From NCBI GenBank assembly GCA_963662465.1, contig OY759599.1, forward strand, positions 3,200,001 through 3,264,000: 64,000 nucleotides of DNA, read 5' to 3'. This document shows positions 1-8,741 of this stretch, in pieces. A program made the position numbers and the translations under genes. Position 1 is the stretch's first letter. The number at the start of each line of letters is the position of its first letter. This DNA is from Desulfatiglandales bacterium (GTDB taxonomy: Bacteria; Desulfobacterota; DSM-4660; Desulfatiglandales; Desulfatiglandaceae). The notes beneath the pieces are model-generated. The model saw only the letters and a list, made by a program, of their open reading frames with translations. It did not search any database and was not told the origin of the DNA.

Positions 1-51
1 AGAGAAAAAGCCGGACATTAACAATTCTCATTTTGGAATTACAACCTCCTC

Positions 52-203
52 ATCCTGGTTCACACGCTCTATGTTGGAACCCGCCTCTGGAAGATCTGTG
101 TTCAAAATCATGAATATACCCAATTTAAACCAGTGTTTTTCAAGTTTTCCGCAGGACGCGGAGCATCCCAAAACTATTCCCACATTAGAACGTATAAATG
201 AGA
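52..203. repeat. Degenerate REP/REPIN-like palindromic element
   Basis: ctggttcacacgctctatgttggaac ... gacgcggagcatccc ... attcccacattagaacgtataaatgag resembles the GTTCCCACGCTCNGCGTGGGAA-type REP doublet, heavily mutated. Confidence 0.35.
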
Positions 204-328
204 GCGAAAGCCAAGTCCCTAATGAGAATCGCTAATTAAATATTTCGCAGAAAATAAAAACATTGCCCTTGCATTTTTCCATCGAATAATTTACAGAATA
301 TAGATTTCAGGGGGAGATTGGTTCGATT

Positions 329-667
329 TTGTCGGATAACATGCGGAAACGGATATTTGATGACAAAAAAAACCGTATAATCACTGGTTCGCGTGCGACG
401 TTGACCCCAAACCCCACTGCTCGCAGCACCTTCATTGTCCCACGCCTGGTCCGGCAAGGTGGTGCATGTGTGCATGTGGTTGATGGCGATACCATCGATG
501 TTGAAAAAGACGGCAGGCAGGTCAGAGTCCGTCTTTACGGCATTGATACCCCTGAAAGCAAACAATGGTACGGTCAGAACGCTACGGCCTTCACATCGGC
601 CCAGGTAATTGACCGACGTCACAACCGGGTTTGTGAGGGGATGAAAGTTGCAATGAAGATTCTTTAA
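329..667 (+). pseudogene. Truncated thermonuclease (SNase) fragment
   Basis: VVDGDTIDV..VRVRLYGIDTPE..Q.YG..A motifs; the C-terminal half is absent. Confidence 0.7.
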
Positions 668-713
668 CAACGTCTCTGCATTACTAAGGGCTATTTAGGA
701 TTAGGGGCTTGGT

Positions 714-1241
714 ATGAGAAAAAAGGGAGGAAGAAAAGGCCATTGGCAACAAATACAGAGTGGCGAGTATCCCGAAACAAAAACTGATTATGGCGACTCA
801 AGCGCTCTAAACTGGAGACCTGAGAATGATAAACCCCTCCCTGATGAGAAGGGACGAGCAGAGTCAACTTATTCTAAGCTAAAGAGAAAATCTTTATCCC
901 AAAGGGTTGTTAAGAACAAACCTCTGCCACCACCTAAAAAACGGGATTTTTCTTCTCTGGAAAAGACCGAAAATAAAAACAAAAGGCGATACAACAGAAA
1001 AAAGACGTGGTCTACCAAAAGTTTATATTTCCAAAGCGCCCCTTCCACGGAGAAAGAAAAAAATGATTTTTATACAGATCGTGGACCACGGCGAGAGGCT
1101 TCTGCAATTAGCGTGTATAAGAGTACGGCCAAAACAAAAATATACCCGACATTTAAGGAAGCAAGCGAATACGCAAAAGAAAATCCCGGATTCAAATTAT
1201 CACGCACGAATAGCGGGTTATGGAAGGTGGTAGGCTACTAA
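714..1241 (+). CDS. Hypothetical Lys/Arg-rich protein (probable cassette gene)
   Basis: 175 aa ORF upstream of the attC at 1504; no family recognised. Confidence 0.5.
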   Translation: MRKKGGRKGHWQQIQSGEYPETKTDYGDSSALNWRPENDKPLPDEKGRAESTYSKLKRKSLSQRVVKNKPLPPPKKRDFSSLEKTENKNKRRYNRKKTWSTKSLYFQSAPSTEKEKNDFYTDRGPRREASAISVYKSTAKTKIYPTFKEASEYAKENPGFKLSRTNSGLWKVVGY

Positions 1242-1503
1242 TTAGCGTGGGGAGTTGGGGTCGGATCACAAAAATACTTATGAATACAGCGGCTTGAGTC
1301 ATAAAGAATGGTGTTTTTGACTCCTAGAAGCGCATTTTGGCCCCCAAAAACATGCTTTTAAGGAATCATAGTATCGAAGCAGTCGGGCGTACACTTGTGG
1401 CGTACAGGAGATGACTGGCGCAGGCCACTCCCCTCTCCGGTTTATAACACGATTTTGGCGTGAAATGATGAGTCCGGTAACTACGCAAGCAACACATTGG
1501 AGT

Positions 1504-1589
1504 CGCGAACCAAGCGCTGCACCAGACGCCTGATACTTGGGTAGTTCCAGCGGGGGCCTGTGCAGGCGCTGGTGAGCTAAACGTTCGCA
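1504..1589 (+). other. attC site (integron recombination site)
   Basis: CGCGAAC-caagcgctgcaccagacgcc...ggcgctggtgagctaaac-GTTCGCA; imperfect palindrome with R'' and R' boxes; same family as 8336, 14475, 21162. Confidence 0.9.
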
Positions 1590-1661
1590 AAAAATCGACC
1601 TTTTCCCAAAGATCTGGATTAGGGGATAGAGTGCTGTCAACTTGCGGAGGGGAACTGGAAG

Positions 1662-3812
1662 ATGAAAAAGTCACGTTTCGTATCCTATCTTGTTGTTATC
1701 CAACTCATTTTTTTCATTTCGGGCTGTAAATGGACTATTCTGAGTGTAAACGGGCCGAAATGCGCCAGTACTGGAGAAACTGTCACAATCTATGTTGAAG
1801 GGACGAGTGAGAGCGAAGAGAATTCACCTACCCAATACGGTTTGATCCTCCAGATACCTGATAGTTGGCTTGTTTTGTCGGCAACCGCTGAAGTTTCTGG
1901 GGGTTCTTATAATCTGACGGAAAATGCGGAATATGCATCGCTCTATACTGCTGAATCCGGACAAAAGGTCTGGGTGGGAACTGCGACACAAACTTCCAAT
2001 GTTACTACAAACGGAATCGCAACGGTCGTGCTTATGATTGGTGATACTAGTGGACAGGTGAAAGTCGCTGCTGGCTCTTATCGAAACGGGGCTTGGACAA
2101 CCGATGACCCTGCCGGTCAATTTGATTTTGCAAATATAACTGAACAAAAATATATTCATTCAATTTCGACCGCCGACACCTGTATTCCGGCTTCACCTCC
2201 AACGCCAACATCAGTTAACCCTGCTTCAGGTTTCACCGACGCTGTTACGGAAATAACTGTTTATGGTTCCAACTTCCTCAAGGGCGGCGTCGCTGGGGTT
2301 ACGATCGGTGGCAATTGGATTTCATATACTAGTATTGCTTACGCTGCGGATGGGAGCTGGCTCCGTTTCAACGCCCCTGAACATTCAGCAGGAACTGTTG
2401 ATATCACGGTCCGTAATCCTGACAGTCAGGAAGGAACACTGGCAGACGGCTATACCTATATAGTTGACCCTTCTGCTCCCACCATAACTTCTATAGACCC
2501 GGTGTCAGGCCCAAGTGACGGTGGGACAACAGTTACGATCAAGGGTTCAAATTTTGACAATAATATCTATGTCTCAGTTTGCTCTTTTTCCGGGGTTGAT
2601 GTTTCCGATGATGGCACTTCCCTTACTTGCGTAACGGGTTCACACCCGGCCGGTGTCGTGGACGTTATGGTTCAGAACCCCGATTATCAAAGCGCTACAC
2701 TTGAAGACGCTTTCACTTATTATAATGTCTCACCTGCTCCCACCATAACTTCTATAGACCCGGTGTCAGGCCCAAGTGACGGTGGGACAACAGTTACGAT
2801 CAAGGGTTCAAATTTTGACAATAATATCTATGTCTCAGTTTGCTCTTTTTCCGGGGTTGATGTTTCCGATGATGGCACTTCCCTTACTTGCGTGACGGGT
2901 TCACACCCGGCCGGTGTCGTGGACGTTATGGTTCAGAACCCCGATTATCAAAGCGCTATACTTGGAGACGCTTTCACTTATTATAATGTCTCACCTGCTC
3001 CCACCATAACTTCTATAGACCCGGTGTCAGGCCCAAGTGACGGTGGGACAACAGTTACGATCAAGGGTTCAAATTTTGACAATAATATCTATGTCTCAGT
3101 TTGCTCTTTTTCCGGGGTTGATGTTTCCGATGATGGCACTTCCCTTACTTGCGTGACGGGTTCACACCCGGCCGGTGTCGTGGACGTTATGGTTCAGAAC
3201 CCCGATTATCAAAGCGCTATACTTGGAGACGCTTTCACTTATTATAATGTCTCACCTGCTCCCACCATAACTTCTATAGACCCGGTGTCAGGCCCAAGTG
3301 ACGGTGGGACAACAGTTACGATCAAGGGTTCAAATTTTGACAATAATATCTATGTCTCAGTTTGCTCTTTTTCCGGGGTTGATGTTTCCGATGATGGCAC
3401 TTCCCTTACTTGCGTGACGGGTTCACACCCGGCCGGTGTCGTGGACGTTATGGTTCAGAACCCCGATTATCAAAGCGCTACACTTGGAGACGCTTTCACT
3501 TATTATAACACTCCTTCGGTAATCTATATAAATGCTGAAGACTCTACCTGTTCAGGTAACAGCCCATGCTTCACTTCAATACAAGAGGGCATAGAAGCCG
3601 CAAAAAGTGAGACCCTCATTAAGGTGACTGCAGGCTATTATAATGAATCGCCATATCTCAATGAGACCAAAGTTTTGACTATCCAAGGTGGTTGGAATAC
3701 ATCTTATGTAATCCAGACTCCCGGTTCGACCGTGATCAGGATACCGAGCCAAACGTCTATTAAAGCGAACAAAGGGTCTCTCAAATTTGAAAACTTGAGC
3801 ATGAGGCCCTAA
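1662..3812 (+). CDS. Lipoprotein with five IPT/TIG domains
   Basis: Signal peptide with lipobox ISG-C; APTITSIDPVSGPSDGGTTVTIKGSNF IPT repeats. Confidence 0.85.
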   Translation: MKKSRFVSYLVVIQLIFFISGCKWTILSVNGPKCASTGETVTIYVEGTSESEENSPTQYGLILQIPDSWLVLSATAEVSGGSYNLTENAEYASLYTAESGQKVWVGTATQTSNVTTNGIATVVLMIGDTSGQVKVAAGSYRNGAWTTDDPAGQFDFANITEQKYIHSISTADTCIPASPPTPTSVNPASGFTDAVTEITVYGSNFLKGGVAGVTIGGNWISYTSIAYAADGSWLRFNAPEHSAGTVDITVRNPDSQEGTLADGYTYIVDPSAPTITSIDPVSGPSDGGTTVTIKGSNFDNNIYVSVCSFSGVDVSDDGTSLTCVTGSHPAGVVDVMVQNPDYQSATLEDAFTYYNVSPAPTITSIDPVSGPSDGGTTVTIKGSNFDNNIYVSVCSFSGVDVSDDGTSLTCVTGSHPAGVVDVMVQNPDYQSAILGDAFTYYNVSPAPTITSIDPVSGPSDGGTTVTIKGSNFDNNIYVSVCSFSGVDVSDDGTSLTCVTGSHPAGVVDVMVQNPDYQSAILGDAFTYYNVSPAPTITSIDPVSGPSDGGTTVTIKGSNFDNNIYVSVCSFSGVDVSDDGTSLTCVTGSHPAGVVDVMVQNPDYQSATLGDAFTYYNTPSVIYINAEDSTCSGNSPCFTSIQEGIEAAKSETLIKVTAGYYNESPYLNETKVLTIQGGWNTSYVIQTPGSTVIRIPSQTSIKANKGSLKFENLSMRP
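2473..3508 (+). repeat. Four near-identical 261-bp tandem repeats (87-aa IPT units)
   Basis: Units start at 2473, 2734, 2995 and 3256 and differ by only a few SNPs. Confidence 0.95.
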
Positions 3813-3865
3813 TATGGATTTATGCGCAATTCTTAAATGATGTGTTTCTATCAAAATCTCAGAAT

Positions 3866-3952
3866 CGCGAACCAAACGCTTCACCGGACCCCTGGACGCG
3901 GCGGGGTAAATGGGACGTCCGGTGCAGGGGGCCGGTGAGCTTGTCGTTGGAC
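3866..3952 (+). other. attC site
   Basis: CGCGAAC-caaacgcttcaccggacccc...gggggccggtgagcttgtc-GTTGGAC; R'' pairs 6/7 with cassette start GTTCGCA (1583). Confidence 0.9.
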
Positions 3953-5448
3953 AGACCCGCTGGACAGCGGGGGATACCTAAACAAAACAATTGTTTAAGT
4001 CAAATATCCATGGGTGTGACCATTCAGTCAATTTTTCTTATGGGGTACGCTCTGTATGACCAGGCGCACCTTTTACCGGCGCATATTCGTGAGGCGGCCC
4101 ACTGTATCATGAGCTGCCGCACCGCCGCGCTGGGTGGGCATGTACAGGCCTGCCCGGATGGGCATTTTCAGCGGGTGTGGTATAATTCATGTAAACACCG
4201 CATGTGTCCTCTTTGCGCCTTTACCCAGGTGCAACGCTGGCTTTTGCAGCAAAAGTCCAGGCTGCTGAATACCCCTCATTTTCACGTGGTCTTCACCATT
4301 AGTGATGAACTGCATGATTTGTGGCGGTTGAACGTCAGACTCATGGGCAATATTCTGTTTAAGAGCGCCACCGAGACGCTTACGGAACTTCTTGGGGATC
4401 CGAAATACTTGGGCGCCAAAGTGGGGATCATTGCCTCTCTGCATACATGGACCCGCAAACTGGCGCTTCACCCGCACTTACACTGTCTGGTGACCGCCGG
4501 GGGACTGTCCCGGGGGCAATGGGTGGCTTCATCAAAAAAGTTCCTGCTGCCTTTCGGCATCGTCAGAGCCGTTTTCAGAGGCAAGTATCTTTATTACCTG
4601 AAAACGGCTCTTTCCCGCCGGGAACTGCTACTGCCCGAAGGCATGGGCCCCCAGCAGGCCCTGAACCTTATAAACAAGCTTGGCCGACGCAAAAAATGGA
4701 ATGTCAAGCTCAAGGAGACCTACTCCTATGGAGAAGGCGTACTGACGTACCTGGCGCGCTACCTTAGAGGCGGGCCCATATCAAACAAACGCATAGACCG
4801 CATCGAGGACGGAAAGGTGTTTTTCAACCATGGCCGAAAGAAACGCCGACTTACGTCACTGCCCATTCAAACCTTTATCGGGCTCTATCTTCAGCACGTA
4901 CCGCCGCCGCATACCATTATGGTCCGTTCATACGGACTTTATCACCACAGCGCGAAAGACGAACTCATGACGTGCCGGGAAACCCTTGGGCAGCCGCCGG
5001 TACAAATCCCGGAATTCCAGGATTGGCAGACGCTCTGGCAGGATCGAAGCGACGAGCACCCGGATCGCTGTCCGGTTTGCGGAAAACAACTGATCACTTT
5101 GGAAAAACTGCCGCCTGTAGCACAATCGGAAATGCCTTTAACCCAGAACGAAGACTCAGGGGAAATCTATGATCTTGCGGCATAAACAAATCCTTGGTCA
5201 GTCGATGTTTTTCCGGGTGGACAGGTCTATATACCGATGCTGCAAACCCGCATCACGAAACGATTTTGAGCCATTGAACAGGATGAAGCGCTCTAAAAAA
5301 GGAATTCTTTTTATTTTAATGGCGAAAACGATTGACCCCAAACGGATCTGGGCCGCTTTTACGGGCCGCAAACCCTGTACAATCTCCATAGGCCAGGCTA
5401 TCGTGCATATGGCTACCTGAGGGGGAATTACCCGCGGGTCTGTCCAAC
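3946..5448 (+). mobile_element. IS91-like element occupying one cassette slot, with a 15-bp perfect terminal IR overlapping the attC boxes
   Basis: gttggacagacccgc (3946-3960) is the exact reverse complement of gcgggtctgtccaac (5434-5448). Confidence 0.75.
4010..5185 (+). CDS. IS91-family (Y2/HUH) rolling-circle transposase
   Basis: Zn finger CRT..LGGH..C...NSCKHRMCPLC, HVVFT, HTW....HPHLHC (HUH), YLARY (Y2); ATG at 4010 chosen because the longer ORF crosses an attC. Confidence 0.92.
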   Translation: MGVTIQSIFLMGYALYDQAHLLPAHIREAAHCIMSCRTAALGGHVQACPDGHFQRVWYNSCKHRMCPLCAFTQVQRWLLQQKSRLLNTPHFHVVFTISDELHDLWRLNVRLMGNILFKSATETLTELLGDPKYLGAKVGIIASLHTWTRKLALHPHLHCLVTAGGLSRGQWVASSKKFLLPFGIVRAVFRGKYLYYLKTALSRRELLLPEGMGPQQALNLINKLGRRKKWNVKLKETYSYGEGVLTYLARYLRGGPISNKRIDRIEDGKVFFNHGRKKRRLTSLPIQTFIGLYLQHVPPPHTIMVRSYGLYHHSAKDELMTCRETLGQPPVQIPEFQDWQTLWQDRSDEHPDRCPVCGKQLITLEKLPPVAQSEMPLTQNEDSGEIYDLAA

Positions 5449-5570
5449 CAGGCGTTGAACCGGCAAACTGGTCTTTAGAGGTAAATTGAACTGATTCCTT
5501 CATATAATCTCAGTACCCGGGTTTCGATTCTGTGCGCGCAACCCGTTTGCCGGTTAACTAAACGTTGGCG
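5442..5570 (+). other. attC site
   Basis: GTCCAAC-caggcgttgaaccggcaaac...gtttgccggttaactaaac-GTTGGCG. Confidence 0.85.
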
Positions 5571-6490
5571 TGCCAATATCGGCAAATGCCTTTGAATACA
5601 TATTTTTTACTTCTGGGGTTACAGTGACAAACGAATCAAAGAGAATTACGAATTTTCGAATGTGGATAACCAAAGTAGTGCCAAGGTTTCCAAACAACAA
5701 ATCGACTTTGGCTTTATTCAAAGAAAAACACTTGATTGACATGCTCATAATTTATTTGAACTGGCGTGTCCGCTTCGTCGCTCCTCGCCAAAGAACAGTT
5801 CTTATTGAAAAATCTGCTATTAATGCCCCCAGATGGATTACACTCTCAGCAAGAATTGACGCCTTTTTAGAAAAAGTCCAAAATGGCGATGACTTGACAC
5901 CTTATCTTTCTAGAAAAGCCATTTCTAAAGGTTTTTTTCCGATAGCAGAAAAACCTGATTCTGACACAGACCATTGGGCCGACAAAGACTTTTTGTTAAA
6001 CGTCATGGGCCTCCATCATTTCCACCTGGTCCCTTGTGGTGGGCCTCATGGGCGTGACGCCCACAATGATGTACTCTTTGCCTTTGTTTCACGAGAAAAG
6101 TTTGAGGTAATTGGGATTTTTAATCACAATGTTTTTAAAAGCAGCGACTCCGGTTCTATGGCCGCAGAACGTTCACAGCTTTGGACTATTTACGAAAAGC
6201 GTGAACAAAGAGGTGCTTTTCCAGGGCAACTATTTTTGGGTGGCATGGGAGGGCTTGGTATAACGACGTCCGGACATTCAGTATCTCTTGTTCGTGCTGC
6301 TCAAAGATATTATCAACGAATCCGCGATGTAGAACAACAATTAGACGATCAATCATTTATAAATGAAATGTATTTATCTTCTTTGATTCCTGCCAAACCG
6401 AAACTCCGGTGGAGGCTAAATTTTCTGGATTTAGGAGTGCTTGACGAATCAACTAATACATTCTTCATATATGAGAAGGGACCAAACTAA
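5570..6490 (+). CDS. Hypothetical cassette protein (DFLLNVMGLHHFHL motif)
   Basis: 306 aa ORF directly after attC; true start probably downstream. Confidence 0.65.
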   Translation: MPISANAFEYIFFTSGVTVTNESKRITNFRMWITKVVPRFPNNKSTLALFKEKHLIDMLIIYLNWRVRFVAPRQRTVLIEKSAINAPRWITLSARIDAFLEKVQNGDDLTPYLSRKAISKGFFPIAEKPDSDTDHWADKDFLLNVMGLHHFHLVPCGGPHGRDAHNDVLFAFVSREKFEVIGIFNHNVFKSSDSGSMAAERSQLWTIYEKREQRGAFPGQLFLGGMGGLGITTSGHSVSLVRAAQRYYQRIRDVEQQLDDQSFINEMYLSSLIPAKPKLRWRLNFLDLGVLDESTNTFFIYEKGPN

Positions 6491-6598
6491 ATATCTCCAT
6501 GAGTTATGGCACTACCATTGCGATATATGCATGAATATTTGTAATAATAAAATGTAAAAAATCGACCAAGCACTTTAAAAAAACATCAAGGTACAATT

Positions 6599-7747
6599 AT
6601 GCAATATAGCGAATTCATTCCAAAATTTAGTGAATATAAATCTTTATTGGAAGAGTTAGATGGGATGCAAGTAACGTTAGTTAAGTTACTCGCCCTAGAT
6701 GTTCAGAAAATAGAAAGCAATTTTAATCATCAACAACCCACCAAAAATAAACTATTGGAGAAATACAATTTTCGTGAAAATAGAGCAGATGCTTTTATGA
6801 AAATATACAACTCATCTAATGTTTTTATCACAACCAAATATTTACAATTTGCTGATCGATACGGGCTCCTCGAATCCGTACCTGAACCAACTAATAAGCT
6901 GCTTCATCGATATAAGCTTACAAAAAGGGGGCAATCTTTTACAAACGAAGACTTAATTGTATTTGCTGAAATAGATTTATCTGAAATGCTGCTATTGATG
7001 CTAGATGATATTAAAGAGTCTGAAGAATCTGATGGTTTCAATTTTGATAAATTATACCCACTATTTGACAGCCGTGTTTCTCTTGAATTTGAAGAATCAA
7101 GAGTATCTAATTTGCTTGATCGAGGGTTGATTTCAAAACGATTTGATAATCAAGAGGAAGTTAATTGGTACAGGATATCAAAAAAAGGGAAGAAATATTT
7201 AAAAATGTTTCAAGGATTGTCCGACGGCAAGGACTTGCTGGAAAAAGTTTTTTTGGCAAGGAATGGTATAGAAAAACTGAAGTTGTTTAAGTACCTCTCA
7301 TCGATGGAAGCATACAAATTTGAATATTTCATAAGTAGAATTCTAAAAGAAATGGGATATCAAGATATTACAGTTACAGATAGGGGAGGTGATGGAGGAA
7401 TTGATATAAAGGCCAAGATAAAAGCTGGTACATCAACAATTAATGAGATAATTCAAGTAAAAAGGTGGAATAGTAATATCCAGCGTCCTACAGTCGATCA
7501 ACTGAGAGGGGTACTTTCAGTATCAGAGGCAACTAGGGGGAGCATTTTCACTATAAGTGACTTTAGCAGAGGTTGTTACGAAAGCGTAAGAAATGATAAC
7601 TCAATAAGTCTTATAAATGGAGAACAATTGCTAGGTCTCGTATTTAAATATGGTATTGGTGTAAGATCTAAGAGTTATAATGTATATCGATTTATGCCTA
7701 GTCATATCGATGAGCAGTTGAAAGACATAAAAATACCCAAAAATTAG
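6599..7747 (+). CDS. mrr: Mrr-family (type IV) restriction endonuclease with N-terminal wHTH-like regions
   Basis: FE..I..IL..MGY....T..GGDGGID...IQVKRW...LING Mrr_cat signature. Confidence 0.85.
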   Translation: MQYSEFIPKFSEYKSLLEELDGMQVTLVKLLALDVQKIESNFNHQQPTKNKLLEKYNFRENRADAFMKIYNSSNVFITTKYLQFADRYGLLESVPEPTNKLLHRYKLTKRGQSFTNEDLIVFAEIDLSEMLLLMLDDIKESEESDGFNFDKLYPLFDSRVSLEFEESRVSNLLDRGLISKRFDNQEEVNWYRISKKGKKYLKMFQGLSDGKDLLEKVFLARNGIEKLKLFKYLSSMEAYKFEYFISRILKEMGYQDITVTDRGGDGGIDIKAKIKAGTSTINEIIQVKRWNSNIQRPTVDQLRGVLSVSEATRGSIFTISDFSRGCYESVRNDNSISLINGEQLLGLVFKYGIGVRSKSYNVYRFMPSHIDEQLKDIKIPKN

Positions 7748-7888
7748 GATAAGAAAAAGATTTTGGGGTTACACTTCTCAAAATCCTCGCCAGCAAAAGG
7801 ACACTACGAGGGATTACCCCAAAAAATTTATCTTAGACACTATATCAAAGCTCCGCCGCTGACATCGATATGACGTAATGGAAATAGT

Positions 7889-8188
7889 ATGCAGGAACCT
7901 TTAGTTTTGGTGACAAGACTTGATGAATTAACTTTATTGGCTGATACAGAAGATTCTCTAGCGCGGGCTTCAATATATTCAGCAGTGAAAACAATTCAAG
8001 CTGAATTTAAGAAGTCTAAAATTTGCAAATTTAATAAGATTATTGAAATATTAGATAATTACTGCTTTTATATCTGTGCATCCATAGGGTACGAATTGAT
8101 TGTCAAAAAGACGAAACATGAGTGTTTGACTATCGCCAAAGCAAAACTTGAAGAACTACGATGTCAGATCAATCAAACTTTCTACTAG
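7889..8188 (+). CDS. Hypothetical protein
   Basis: 99 aa ORF within the same cassette. Confidence 0.5.
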   Translation: MQEPLVLVTRLDELTLLADTEDSLARASIYSAVKTIQAEFKKSKICKFNKIIEILDNYCFYICASIGYELIVKKTKHECLTIAKAKLEELRCQINQTFY

Positions 8189-8335
8189 CGGCCATGGCAG
8201 GGGATTTGCTACAAAGAAACATGAAAGAGCTTTTTGGTCAGACCAATCATAAGGCAAGGAAGTAGGGTGTTATTTATGAGGCAAGGTGGTCGCTATTTAC
8301 CATGAAATTCCGTGCAATTAAAAAGATCTTGATGC

Positions 8336-8421
8336 GGCCAACCAAGCGCTGCACCAGACGCCTGAAAGTTCTGCGTCCCGGCGGGGGCCCGGAGGAGGCG
8401 CTGGTGAGCTTATCGTTGAAC
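8336..8421 (+). other. attC site
   Basis: GGCCAAC-caagcgctgcaccagacgcctga...ggcgctggtgagcttatc-GTTGAAC; R'' pairs 6/7 with GTTGGCG (5564). Confidence 0.9.
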
Positions 8422-8570
8422 GAAGCTTCGCAAACGGCCAATTTGGTAAAAAGTTTCGTACTAACAAACCAGTTAAGTTGTTGCGGTTATTAGTATTATG
8501 TTGCTAAATCCAAAAAAAACAGCGGAGAGCAATCTCTAATAGCAAGTAGTGTGCCAAAACGACAAACCAT

Positions 8571-8699
8571 GTTCAACCAATGGTTCAAGTCTGATATTTT
8601 TCGTCCCAAAAATTGCATTTGAAATTTTATCGCCATTTTTCACGTTGGGAGGGCGGCAATTTTTGGGCCGAAAAATTACAGCTTAACTCAATGTTGTGG
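8571..8699 (+). other. attC site
   Basis: GTTCAAC-caatggttcaagtctga-tttttcgtcccaaaaattgc...gcaatttttgggccgaaaaa-ttacagcttaactcaat-GTTGTGG; R'' is the exact complement of GTTGAAC (8415). Confidence 0.85.
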
Positions 8700-8741
8700 A
8701 GCGATGAATAATTCCGTTTTGAAAAAAGAGGGAAATAGAAT

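Noticed and set aside
2473..3508. 261-bp repeats as CRISPR or non-coding array
   Set aside because: They are in-frame IPT domain repeats without spacers
8302..8493. 63-aa ORF (also 20920-21300, 1299-1640, and the 3842-4009 extension)
   Set aside because: They translate across attC or intron RNA; shared TKRCTRRL peptides just reflect the attC repeat
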